Assembly (NCBI GenBank): GCA_963830915.1
Contig: CAWHOE010000005.1
Coordinates: 1 to 64,000, forward strand
From: a candidate division FCPU426 bacterium
GTDB lineage: Bacteria; Oederibacteriota; Muellerivitia; Muellerivitales; Muellerivitaceae
Direction: 5' to 3'
Length of the DNA stretch: 64,000 nt
Of this stretch, positions 20,610-30,396 are shown one piece after another. The notes under the pieces are model-generated. The model searched no databases and was not told the origin of the DNA. It was given only the letters and a program-made list of their open reading frames with translations. How positions within the stretch are numbered: position 1 is the first letter of the stretch; each line of letters opens with the position of its first letter. The translations under genes were made by a program, and so were the position numbers.

Positions 20610-22031
20610 ATGAAGAAGAACCTTTGCTTGATATCGGTTTGGGCTTTGTTGGTCTGGGGGTCTTTCGCGTGCCTTGGCTTTTCCAAAGGCCTGCCCTGGG
20701 ATGACCGGGCCGACCAGCGAACGGGCAATATCTTGCTTCTTTCCGATCTCCATCTCGACCCTTTCGCGAATCCCGCGCTGGTGAAAAAGCTCATCGCCGA
20801 GCCGGTGGACCAGTGGGAAAGCATCTTTCAATCCGACCCAGGCGCGGCCTTCGCGGCCCCTGGCAAGGACACCAATTATCCCCTGCTGGTTTCGGCCCTC
20901 CAGGAAGCCCAAACAAAGGGCCCCTACGACTTTGCCGTAGTGACGGGCGATTACCTGGTGCATGAATCCCGGGACCTTTTCGAGCCGCTGGGCGGCAAGG
21001 ACGAGCGAACCTACGAGGAATTCGTGACCAAGGTCGAGGTCTTCGTTTCCCGGGAGGTCCAAAAGATCCTGGCCGGCACGCCTGTTTATTTTTCCCTGGG
21101 CAACAACGACTCGGAATGCGGGGATTACATGATGGCCACCCACACGGACTTTTTAGACCAGATCGCCAAGGAATGGGCCGTGCTACAGGACCATCCGGAA
21201 GCCCTCAAGACCATGGCCGAGGCCGGTTATTACGAATTACCCCACCCCACCCTGGCCAAGACCCGCTTGATCGTCATCAACGACATCTATTGGTCGAACC
21301 GCTATTCCAGCGACAGCTGTCATTCCCTGCCGAACGATGTGGCGGGGGGCGATGAGTTCACCTGGCTAAAGGGCCGTTTGGCGGACGCCCGCGCGAAAAA
21401 AGAGAAGGTCCAGTTGGTCATGCATATCCCTCCCCAAACGGATGTCTATGGCACCCTCAAGGCCCTGCTGAAACCCGACGGGAAAAAGCCCGGCAAGTTC
21501 TTTTGGGGTAGCGAGAACGAGGACCAATTCACCAAGCTCATGAGGGACTATTCGGACACGGTCCAGTTCATCTTCGCGGGCCATACCCACATGGATGACT
21601 TCAAGCTTTTGCGCGATAACCAGGGAAAGATCTTCCTGGTCACCCATATCTGCCCGGCGGTCAGCCCTATCCGGTTCAACAACCCGGCTTTTCAAGTGAT
21701 GGAATATGACAAGACCGATGGGAACATCCGGGATATGACGACCTATTACCTGACCAATCTAACGACCGCCAAAGGCGCCCAGGGAGGCCAATGGGCCCTG
21801 GAATATGACTTTGACCAGACCTACAAGTTGAAGGGGTATAACGCCAAGAGTTTGAAAAGCCTAACCGACCTTATCGATTCGGATGAGGCCACCCGCGCCA
21901 ATTTCGCGAAGTTTTACCCGGTTTCGGCGGAAGAGACCATCACCGCGGATCAGTGGAAGAAGATAAACCCGCTACGGCTGGTCGCCACTCAGGAGGAATT
22001 GGATGAGACATTAGGAAAGGCACGGCCATAA
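20610..22031 (+). CDS. Secreted metallophosphoesterase, acid sphingomyelinase-like
   Basis: Signal peptide; SDLHLDP, TGD, GNND, HIPP and GHTHMDDF motifs. Confidence 0.85.
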   Translation: MKKNLCLISVWALLVWGSFACLGFSKGLPWDDRADQRTGNILLLSDLHLDPFANPALVKKLIAEPVDQWESIFQSDPGAAFAAPGKDTNYPLLVSALQEAQTKGPYDFAVVTGDYLVHESRDLFEPLGGKDERTYEEFVTKVEVFVSREVQKILAGTPVYFSLGNNDSECGDYMMATHTDFLDQIAKEWAVLQDHPEALKTMAEAGYYELPHPTLAKTRLIVINDIYWSNRYSSDSCHSLPNDVAGGDEFTWLKGRLADARAKKEKVQLVMHIPPQTDVYGTLKALLKPDGKKPGKFFWGSENEDQFTKLMRDYSDTVQFIFAGHTHMDDFKLLRDNQGKIFLVTHICPAVSPIRFNNPAFQVMEYDKTDGNIRDMTTYYLTNLTTAKGAQGGQWALEYDFDQTYKLKGYNAKSLKSLTDLIDSDEATRANFAKFYPVSAEETITADQWKKINPLRLVATQEELDETLGKARP

Positions 22032-22111
22032 CGGTGAGTTTTGAAAACCAACGCGTTTTTCTAAACAGTTACAAAGATGGGTCCGTCTTTAGCTGGCCCC
22101 ACCTATATAGA

Positions 22112-23557
22112 TCAGAGACCTAATTTATCCTGAAGGTTTTTCACCACTTCTTCTTTTTTCTTCAGCCCCTCCCACGAATAAACGGTTTTTCCGTTCTTAA
22201 AGAGGAACGATGCGGGAATCGCGTCGATCTTATACTTTTTTGAAACCTCCGGGCTAGCGTCCGTATCCACTCGGATCACCTGAAGTTTTCCATGATATTC
22301 ATTGGCAATTTCTTCCACGATGGGACTATATCTGGCACAGGGGCCGCACCAGACTGCGTAGAAATCAACGAGAACCGGAAGTTTGGAGCCCAGGACCATC
22401 TTTTTGAAAGTCTTATCGTTCGCGATCGGAAGGGCAAAAGCCTGGTGGGTCGTGTTCATGTTGTTCTGATGGAATTTGGGCCAAGGTGATACCGCCAAAG
22501 GGCTCTTCCCCGGGAGCGCGTAAAACTTTTTATCATAGGACCCAAAATAGACCGTTCCATCCGGCCCGATGGCTGGCGAGGTGGCGATTTCCACACCAGT
22601 CTTAAAGGTCCATAACAATTTCCCGGCCGGGCTCAGGGCGTAAAATTTCCCACCCTTGGAGCCGATGTATAGGGTTCCATCATCGGCTATCGCGGGTGTG
22701 GAATCGATCACGCTGTCGGTTTTGTAACGCCAATTTTCGTTCCCATCAGGATTGATGGCATAAACGTAATTGTCGTTATATCCGAAATATATCGTCCCGT
22801 ATTTACCGAGGGAGGGCGAACCCCAGCTTTCAGACTTCGTGAAACCCGTGATGTATTTCCACAGCCTTTTCCCAGTGGGGTCATAAGCCCTCAGATCCCA
22901 GCCCGTGGCGACCACATAGATCGTCCCATCGCTCCCGATCGTGGCTGTGGAGTAGATCGCGCTGCCAACATCGGTCTTCCACTTCAAATGTCCCGAGGGT
23001 TTCAAGGCGTAAAGATAGCCATCCGTTGAACCGATATAGATAGTCCCGTCGTTCCCGATGGATGGAGATGATTCGATCCGTTGTCCAGTGGCAAAGAACC
23101 ATTTCAACTTCCCCGCCGGGCTGATTGCGTATAATTTATGATTTCGGTTACCGATATAGATAGTTCCGTCGTTCCCGATCGCAGGTGAGGAAAAGAAAAT
23201 ATCTCCCATCGTCATATAGGACCACTTCAGTTTCCCTTGAGGATCGATGGCATAGACTTTTCCATCTTCAGAACCGATGTAAATAGTCCCATCATTCCCG
23301 ATGGTGGGGGAAGAACCTATACGGCCCCCTGAGAGGAAAGACCATTTCAATGTTCCATCGGGATTCACGGCATAAAGCTTAAAATCCATAGAGCCGAAAT
23401 AGATCGTGCCGTCATTTCCAATGGCTGGGGAGGAGTTGACATGCCCCCCCGTGGCAAAGAACCATTTTGGGCGCGGACTGGAACAGGATTGGAGAAATAC
23501 AGCTAATAAAAAGAAGGTCAATATTAAATAGTGTTTGCGACCCGGATGAATTCTCAT
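22112..23557 (-). CDS. Lipoprotein: PQQ-like beta-propeller fused to C-terminal thioredoxin
   Basis: LQSC lipobox; about 8 SSPAIGxDGTIY repeats; VDFYAVWCGPC. Confidence 0.85.
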   Translation of the reverse strand: MRIHPGRKHYLILTFFLLAVFLQSCSSPRPKWFFATGGHVNSSPAIGNDGTIYFGSMDFKLYAVNPDGTLKWSFLSGGRIGSSPTIGNDGTIYIGSEDGKVYAIDPQGKLKWSYMTMGDIFFSSPAIGNDGTIYIGNRNHKLYAISPAGKLKWFFATGQRIESSPSIGNDGTIYIGSTDGYLYALKPSGHLKWKTDVGSAIYSTATIGSDGTIYVVATGWDLRAYDPTGKRLWKYITGFTKSESWGSPSLGKYGTIYFGYNDNYVYAINPDGNENWRYKTDSVIDSTPAIADDGTLYIGSKGGKFYALSPAGKLLWTFKTGVEIATSPAIGPDGTVYFGSYDKKFYALPGKSPLAVSPWPKFHQNNMNTTHQAFALPIANDKTFKKMVLGSKLPVLVDFYAVWCGPCARYSPIVEEIANEYHGKLQVIRVDTDASPEVSKKYKIDAIPASFLFKNGKTVYSWEGLKKKEEVVKNLQDKLGL

Positions 23558-23641
23558 ATACCGACCTCCTTTAAAACATAGAAATTCCTAAATTTCCTAA
23601 AGCGAGCGTCAATTATTAAATTCGACCCTTATCGGATAATC

Positions 23642-24433
23642 TTATTTTTGCCAGTGATAAACCTGATCCGGAAAATGCTTACTTTCATTATTTACATGCA
23701 CAGTTATATTTTCGCAGTCTTCACTAATGGATATTGTCCAATAGGAATCAATAATCTGGTGGCCAGTAATTGGCCATTTGTGCATTTCAAATAATTCCGC
23801 CCCGTCTCCCGCGCAGTCACTAATTCGATTGGGATTAAATACCGCTTGAACTAAATTATTGTTTTTTACATCAATAACGAACCATGCCCCACAATGAATC
23901 TGTTGACCCATGTATCTTCTGCCTTCCATATTTTTAATCCAATCGTCTTTATGAGCCGCAACCTCCTTTTTGGCGTCAATGGCGTAGATTTTGTCCTGGG
24001 CCTCGCGAGCGTCTTTGGATTTAGGCCCGGTTAATAAATACAATTTCAACGTGTTTTCGGCCTCTTCAAACTGCTCATCGGCCTCAAGGGCTTGGGCCAA
24101 ATTGTAATAAGTAGTTCCCCACCAAGGGGCCAATAGAAGAGCCTGATTGAATTCACCAATGGCCAGTTCATATCCGTTTTTCTCCATAGCGGCCTTGAAC
24201 ATGACCCCCGCCTTGACTGCGTGTTGCCGTGCCTCTTCTGGTATGGTCGGCTTAACTTTCTTTGCTAGTTTGATGATCTTTTCCCGCAGTTCTTGGTTGG
24301 AAGGGTCGTTCTGGAGGTCAGAAACGTATTGCTTGAGCTGGGCTTTTGGACTGTCGGCATTGACCACCGCCGAGGAGAAAAATATAAGTATCAGTGTCAA
24401 AAATAATATCCCCGTTATTTTATTGATGTTCAT
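23642..24433 (-). CDS. Secreted TPR protein, array paralog 5
   Basis: Signal peptide, QLKQYVSDLQNDPSNQELREKII and APWWGTTYYNLA. Confidence 0.85.
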   Translation of the reverse strand: MNINKITGILFLTLILIFFSSAVVNADSPKAQLKQYVSDLQNDPSNQELREKIIKLAKKVKPTIPEEARQHAVKAGVMFKAAMEKNGYELAIGEFNQALLLAPWWGTTYYNLAQALEADEQFEEAENTLKLYLLTGPKSKDAREAQDKIYAIDAKKEVAAHKDDWIKNMEGRRYMGQQIHCGAWFVIDVKNNNLVQAVFNPNRISDCAGDGAELFEMHKWPITGHQIIDSYWTISISEDCENITVHVNNESKHFPDQVYHWQK

Positions 24434-24467
24434 TTGAGATTCTCCGTACTAAAAGATGATTTTCTAA

Positions 24468-25295
24468 TCATTTAACCCTGCCACAAGAAACATTATGTTG
24501 GCCAAACACGCTTCCATCAGAATCAATGAATTGTTGTGTTCCTTGTAATGTTTCTCCATTATTTATCAAAGTAAAATTGTACTTAATAAGACCACTTTGC
24601 GGATTTCCCGCGTGAAATGAAATATTATTTCCATCAACAACGACCGATTGGTAAAAGGCACTCCCAGAATTAGAAAAATCCTTTACCGAATAACTCCCAT
24701 CCGAAAGCCGAGAAATCAGAAGATGGCCCATATTCCCAACGGTACCAGTACCCGCCCCTATGCTCGGTAGCCATTCTCCTTCCAAAGTTTCCGTTCTTTC
24801 CTTTTCTACCGCTGCCTGCTTCACAGCTTGGTCTTTCTTCGCGTCAATCACATAAATTTCATCTTGCGCATCACGGGCGTCCTTCGGCCCTGTGGCGACA
24901 TATAGTTTTAAGGCGTTTTCAGCTTGTTCGTATTGCTCGTCACCTTTTAGAGCAATCGCCAAAGAACGGTAGGCTTTACCCCACCAAGGGGCAACCAGCA
25001 AAGCTTGGTTGTAATCTGTAATCGCCTGTTCGTAGTCGCTTTTATCTTTTGGATCTTTCATGAGGGTTTGACCCTTTATAAAGTTCCCACGCGCCTCTTC
25101 AGGTATGGATGGCTTCACCTTTTTTGCCAATTTGATGATCTTCTCCCGTAATTCTTGGTTGGAGGGATCGTTCTGAAGGTCGGAAACGTATTGTTTGAGT
25201 TGATCCTTGGGGCTTCCGGCTCGGGCCATTACTATCGGCAATAACATAATCGTCAATACCACAAATATATTTCTCAAACTCTTAATAATTTTCAT
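24468..25295 (-). CDS. Secreted TPR protein, array paralog 4
   Basis: Same conserved N-terminal block; unrelated C-terminus. Confidence 0.85.
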   Translation of the reverse strand: MKIIKSLRNIFVVLTIMLLPIVMARAGSPKDQLKQYVSDLQNDPSNQELREKIIKLAKKVKPSIPEEARGNFIKGQTLMKDPKDKSDYEQAITDYNQALLVAPWWGKAYRSLAIALKGDEQYEQAENALKLYVATGPKDARDAQDEIYVIDAKKDQAVKQAAVEKERTETLEGEWLPSIGAGTGTVGNMGHLLISRLSDGSYSVKDFSNSGSAFYQSVVVDGNNISFHAGNPQSGLIKYNFTLINNGETLQGTQQFIDSDGSVFGQHNVSCGRVK

Positions 25296-25346
25296 CTTTG
25301 CGATACCTCCCATTCCTTAAACTAAAACCTCAGAAATCAAACAATA

Positions 25347-26207
25347 TTATTTAACTCGGATAAAAGTCACACTTGCTGAGTTATGGCTTATAAATTTCCC
25401 ATCGTGGTAATAATCATTTCCTGTGTTGACCAACTTCCCATCGTCCGTTAAATAAGCTTTATAGAAAAATACATAAGCATAATTACCGCTCTTATCAAGA
25501 ACTACTGATGAACCTGTATTCCAATAACTAATGTTTTTGCCATTTACTTCAATTTGATAAAACTTACAACCCTCAGGTTTGATTCCATACTTCTTATCGA
25601 CTTCTGGATTGTCTCCATTTTTCATGAAATAATTCCCAGAATTATCTTTTCCAATGATTAACGGATAATATTGATCGCAGTCTCCATCCCAACACCATTC
25701 GCCCTCAAAACTTTCTAATTTTTTCTTTTTTTCTCCGGCATCTTCTACTTCTCCAATTTTTTCCAATACTGCCGCTCGGTCGTTTGCATGAGGCTTCGCC
25801 ACTAAATAGAGCTTGAAACTTTGAACAGCCTCATCCGCCATTCCAGCAGCCTGGTCAGCCAAACCCATGTTGTAGTAGATATCAGCCCGCCAAGGAGCCA
25901 ACAGTGATGCTTTCTCGAATTCATTCGCCGCGTTTTTGAAATCTTCAGGATTTTGGGCCGATTTCATGGCATGAAAAGCTTTCCCCTTCTGGATCACAAA
26001 TTCATCAGAAAGATTGGGTTTTGTGTTCATGGAAAGGACGAATTTGATTATTTTTTCCCGCAGTTCCTGATTATTCGGATCATTTTGAAGGTCGGATACG
26101 TATTGCTTGAGTTGGGTCTTGGGGCTTGAGGCTATTGCGGGACTGATGATAAAAAATAGCGATAAAACACTAGATATCAATAAACCTAACGCGAATTTAA
26201 CTTTCAT
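25347..26207 (-). CDS. Secreted TPR protein, array paralog 3
   Basis: Same conserved block; APWRADIYYNMGL. Confidence 0.85.
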   Translation of the reverse strand: MKVKFALGLLISSVLSLFFIISPAIASSPKTQLKQYVSDLQNDPNNQELREKIIKFVLSMNTKPNLSDEFVIQKGKAFHAMKSAQNPEDFKNAANEFEKASLLAPWRADIYYNMGLADQAAGMADEAVQSFKLYLVAKPHANDRAAVLEKIGEVEDAGEKKKKLESFEGEWCWDGDCDQYYPLIIGKDNSGNYFMKNGDNPEVDKKYGIKPEGCKFYQIEVNGKNISYWNTGSSVVLDKSGNYAYVFFYKAYLTDDGKLVNTGNDYYHDGKFISHNSASVTFIRVK

Positions 26208-26281
26208 AATATCCTCCAATTTATTTAAAAAGAACAAAGCCAAATACGAAAAAACTTAACCGTTATTTCATTTTTTAGTAA

Positions 26282-27484
26282 TTAATGGACGATATTCCCA
26301 CTTGCATCCACAATCCTGCGCAAACTTGGATCGAAATAATATTGCTCCCCGTTGATATTGCCAATAAAAGTTTTATTTCCAGCTTTTAGATTCCCTTCAG
26401 CACCACCTTTATCTTGATAATTACCCCACGGGACAATAAATTTAGGATTGAGGTCCTGCTCAATATCATTTTCCAAAGCACTACTCACACTTTCCGGATA
26501 AAACAATAAATACGCCGCCCCAAATCCACCTTGCGCAAAAACATAAAATCTTTGATTCCCCATTGATACTTCATACCCAGCAGAAACTGCTTGTTGTGCC
26601 CGTTCTTTAAGTAATTCTTTCAAGCTTGTATGGGCATTAGGAAAGGATGAACCGGAAGGACTTAACAAAATGTCAATATCACCGGCGCCAACATCTTTCA
26701 TTACAAGAATTAAATTGTCATTTACAGATCCTATATGGATATTTACATACTGTGTTCCCCGGCCATTTAAATCATATTCAACGCTTAGTGCATTTACCGG
26801 TTCAGTTACATCAAAAATACCCAATTTATTTTCAAAAGTTCCATTTGTTAATACTTTCATTCCAATTGTTCTATTGGATCCACCTTGGCCAACAGGCATG
26901 TCTAACGAAATACCGCCATATATATACATATCTTTAAAACCGAAAGACAAATCGGTATGCCGACCGCCATACTTTGCTGCCATTTCTGTATTTTCCTTTT
27001 CTTCCCTTTTAAAAGCGCTATTCAATTTCTTAATTTTCGCTAAAACTTCCACACGATCCTTAGCGCCAGGTTTCGCAATTAAATACAACTTATAATTTGA
27101 AGAGGCCTTTCCTGGCTTCCCGGCTTTTTCCAATACAAGCCCCATGTTGTAATATATTTCCGCTTTCCAAGGCGCCTTTATACTTGCTTTCAGAAAAGCC
27201 TCATAAGCATGATCAAAATCAGCTGCGCTATGTGCTTTTTCAACATCCGCAAAACCTTTTGTTTTCCAAATTACATACTCATCAGGTGTTGAAGGTTTTG
27301 TTTCCATGTTCAATACCAACTTTATAATTTTTTCTCTCAATTTAAAATTATGTGAGTCGTTCTGGAGGTCTGAAACATATTGCTGAAGCTGGGCATTTGA
27401 GCTCGTGGCCAAAACAGACCCCAATGGTAAAAAAACAAGCAACAAACATATACCTAAAATTTGAGCCGCGATTTTTCCCTTCAT
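26282..27484 (-). CDS. Secreted TPR protein, array paralog 2 (long C-terminus)
   Basis: QLQQYVSDLQND...APWKAEIYYNMGL. Confidence 0.85.
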   Translation of the reverse strand: MKGKIAAQILGICLLLVFLPLGSVLATSSNAQLQQYVSDLQNDSHNFKLREKIIKLVLNMETKPSTPDEYVIWKTKGFADVEKAHSAADFDHAYEAFLKASIKAPWKAEIYYNMGLVLEKAGKPGKASSNYKLYLIAKPGAKDRVEVLAKIKKLNSAFKREEKENTEMAAKYGGRHTDLSFGFKDMYIYGGISLDMPVGQGGSNRTIGMKVLTNGTFENKLGIFDVTEPVNALSVEYDLNGRGTQYVNIHIGSVNDNLILVMKDVGAGDIDILLSPSGSSFPNAHTSLKELLKERAQQAVSAGYEVSMGNQRFYVFAQGGFGAAYLLFYPESVSSALENDIEQDLNPKFIVPWGNYQDKGGAEGNLKAGNKTFIGNINGEQYYFDPSLRRIVDASGNIVH

Positions 27485-27518
27485 AACTTCCTCCTAAGAT
27501 ATTCTTCTCGAATTACTA

Positions 27519-28418
27519 TCAAGCCGTGACACCTAACCTTGATGGGCTTTCATAAGGTTTTGACACCAGCTGAAAATCCATATCCGACAATTTCAAACAA
27601 TTTCCCTTCGCGTCATATTCCCAGGCATAACCTTTGAGATTGGCTTCTAAACAAACAGGGCATTTCACTTCCGTTATCTGCAGATCGTAATGCGGATACT
27701 TTTCAAACTCTTTGCTCCTCCGTATTTCCGGCGTGAAGATCTTCTCTTGTTCAATCTTTTGTTCTTTAAGACGTTTTATCATTTTTAAATAATCCCCTTT
27801 GCCCGCAATTTCCCTCAGCTGCGCGAGCTCATCCCTGAATCGTCCAGACTCAGATCTTGAATAGAGGATATTTATATTCTCGGATTTCTTCTTGTAACAG
27901 GAACATCGGGGACAATAGGTGAAAAAGAGCGATATTAGGAAAGTTATGAACGTAAAGAAAAAACCGCAGATGAGCATGTTCGCCACAAGCAACAGACTTG
28001 AGCCGAGCGAGCCAAATTTCAATTTTGTTTCCCCGGACAGCTGGTCCACAACGACCGTTTCTTTTAGGATTTCCTTCATGTAAACAACAAAACCGTTCAT
28101 ACTCGGGCCGAGTTGTCCGATCGAGCCCGTGGACCCGTTCATGCCCATGAGATCCCTCATGTAATTCCCGAAATAGGTCACCCCAAACGCCAAAGTGGCC
28201 ACCGCAATTAAAATGACGTAGTCCCTGCCGGTGAATCCCACGGACAGGGCTTTACCGATAATGAATATGGGGATCGCTATGACCAATCCGAAGCAAGCGC
28301 CCGACATGGGGATAAACCAATGAAACAGTTCGGGACCCATGATGCTGGAAGGCACCAGACCATAAGCCAAAGCGAAGATCACCATTAAAACAATCAATAC
28401 AAAAACCTTGGTATTCAC
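27519..28418 (-). CDS. Hypothetical membrane protein with CxxC pairs
   Basis: About 4 hydrophobic segments; CPRC and CPVC. Confidence 0.7.
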   Translation of the reverse strand: MNTKVFVLIVLMVIFALAYGLVPSSIMGPELFHWFIPMSGACFGLVIAIPIFIIGKALSVGFTGRDYVILIAVATLAFGVTYFGNYMRDLMGMNGSTGSIGQLGPSMNGFVVYMKEILKETVVVDQLSGETKLKFGSLGSSLLLVANMLICGFFFTFITFLISLFFTYCPRCSCYKKKSENINILYSRSESGRFRDELAQLREIAGKGDYLKMIKRLKEQKIEQEKIFTPEIRRSKEFEKYPHYDLQITEVKCPVCLEANLKGYAWEYDAKGNCLKLSDMDFQLVSKPYESPSRLGVTA

Positions 28419-28558
28419 ATTTACTTTCCTTAGGCTTTGTTTTCATCCTCAATAACAATTTAATAGTCTATTCATTCAATCTCTGTCATGCGCGCCACTC
28501 TGCCTGCCGGAAATATTTTCATTTAATAAAATCTTAAAAATAATGCCCGGTTATTGTT

Positions 28559-29341
28559 TTATTGTTGCAAGACATAATTCTTATTAACGAATACACTTCC
28601 TCTGTTTTTACTAGTTGAATTAATAGTGGTGCCGTCATCGCTAATTGTAAATGTCGTCTCTACCCCATTCTCAAAGTTATATGTGGATTGACGGCCCTGG
28701 ATTTCAAGATGATTCTCCGGCGGTTTTAATTCTTGGTAATAATTTGTCGGAGTATAGAGATTCCCTAAAACAAAATAATTTCCTTTTACATCTAGCGTCT
28801 GCCAATCTTGTCCTTCCCGAATCAAATATCTTTTCCCATCTAGTTGCTTCAACCAATCATTCTTATGGGCCGCAGCTTCTTTCTTTGCGTCAATAACATA
28901 TATCTCATCTTGCGCGTCCCGGACATTCTTAGGCCCTGTCGCAATATATAGTTTCAAAGCGTTTTCCGCGGCTTCAAACTGCTCGTCCTTTTTCAGAGCA
29001 ATCGCGAGATAACGATAAGGCAAGCCCCACCAAGGAGCTGCTAATAACGTCTGTTTGTATTCCGAAATCGCGAGTTCATATTCATTTTTGTCTTTCGCGT
29101 CCTTCATAAGGGTTTGGGCTTTAATAAAGTTCCCACGGGCCACTTCCGGTATCGCTGGTTTTATATTCCGGGCTAGCCTGATGATCTTTTCCCGCAGTTC
29201 CTGATTGTCCGGATCATTTTGAAGGTCGTTAACGTATTGCTTAAGCTGGGTTTTAGAGCTTGTGGCCCACACTGCCCTTAGTGGAAATAAAATCAACAAC
29301 AAACTGAAACCTAATATTAGAACCGCGATTTTTCCCTTCAT
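28559..29341 (-). CDS. Secreted TPR protein, array paralog 1
   Basis: GGAGG RBS, signal peptide and conserved block. Confidence 0.85.
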   Translation of the reverse strand: MKGKIAVLILGFSLLLILFPLRAVWATSSKTQLKQYVNDLQNDPDNQELREKIIRLARNIKPAIPEVARGNFIKAQTLMKDAKDKNEYELAISEYKQTLLAAPWWGLPYRYLAIALKKDEQFEAAENALKLYIATGPKNVRDAQDEIYVIDAKKEAAAHKNDWLKQLDGKRYLIREGQDWQTLDVKGNYFVLGNLYTPTNYYQELKPPENHLEIQGRQSTYNFENGVETTFTISDDGTTINSTSKNRGSVFVNKNYVLQQ

Positions 29342-29384
29342 AACTTCCTCCTATATTCTTAATAAGTTTATTTATTGCGCCCAA

Positions 29385-30378
29385 TCACTTCGCGGGATTC
29401 TCCAAAGCCTGCAAAGCCTTTTGAAAACCGGATGCTTCAGTCGATTCTTTTGAGCACCATTTAAGGTCGATCGTCGCTTGTTCCTTATCACCCACCGCCC
29501 AGAAACACGCGGCCCGAACGGTCCCCCTTTTAACCATTTCTTTCACCGCGTTATAAGTGGCAGGGGTATTTCCGTTTTTCGAACCCGCCAGTGACTGGTT
29601 GGGTTTGCCCATTGGACCCAGCGATTTTTCGATCAAATTATCCAAGGATTGATCCAAAGCCTTGTCGGCCACCCCAGCCGCCTCGTCGTGGGTTTTGGTA
29701 GGGGGAAATAGGTAGGTCTTGATCTCCATCTCCGAGACCTTGTTTGAATCCGGGAACAGATAGGTCATCATTTCCCGTTCGGACTTTAAGTTGGCTGTTC
29801 TTCGTTTCAACCGCCCATTCTTTTTCCCGTCGGATCGTAAAGGTCCCCAGACTCGCCAACCGCCACAATGCCTTGTTTTTGGGGTCTTTTACCAAGCCTT
29901 GTTGAAACCAGGCCAAAGCCGCGGGCCAATCATGGGCTTCAACACATTTGTACCCTTTATGAGCTTCTCTTACGGCGGGCGAGTTTTCGATCTCGGCCCC
30001 CATATCAGGTACTGGCTCTTCCGCCCCCCTGGCATCAACGACGGAAGAATCCTCACAAATGTCGACTTCCCGGTTGTAATTCAAAACTTGGTGAGTAATG
30101 GCATCTTTTTCTTTTTGTAGTTCTTGGAATTGCGCTTGGGTTTGTTGTTCGGCTGTTTTGGCGTTGAACAGGTCTGCCTTGGCTCCGAGCGCGGCGATCT
30201 GCGCTTTTAAATCGTCCAATTCTTGATTGAATTTCGCCTTCTCGGCCTCCGAAACACCGCCGGTGGGAAAGGGTTCAAAAGCGGGGATTTTTTGCGCTAA
30301 GACCTTTTCCGGGAACCATCCCAAAAAACAGAAGGTAATGATCCAGATGCCGATCAATACAGGTTTATGAACAGTCAT
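29385..30378 (-). CDS. Secreted coiled-coil/TPR-like protein (single frameshift near 29790)
   Basis: Two overlapping ORFs rejoin if one base is removed; signal peptide; DWPAALAWFQQGLVKDPKN. Confidence 0.65.
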
Positions 30379-30396
30379 AAAAAAGCCTCCTAGGTC

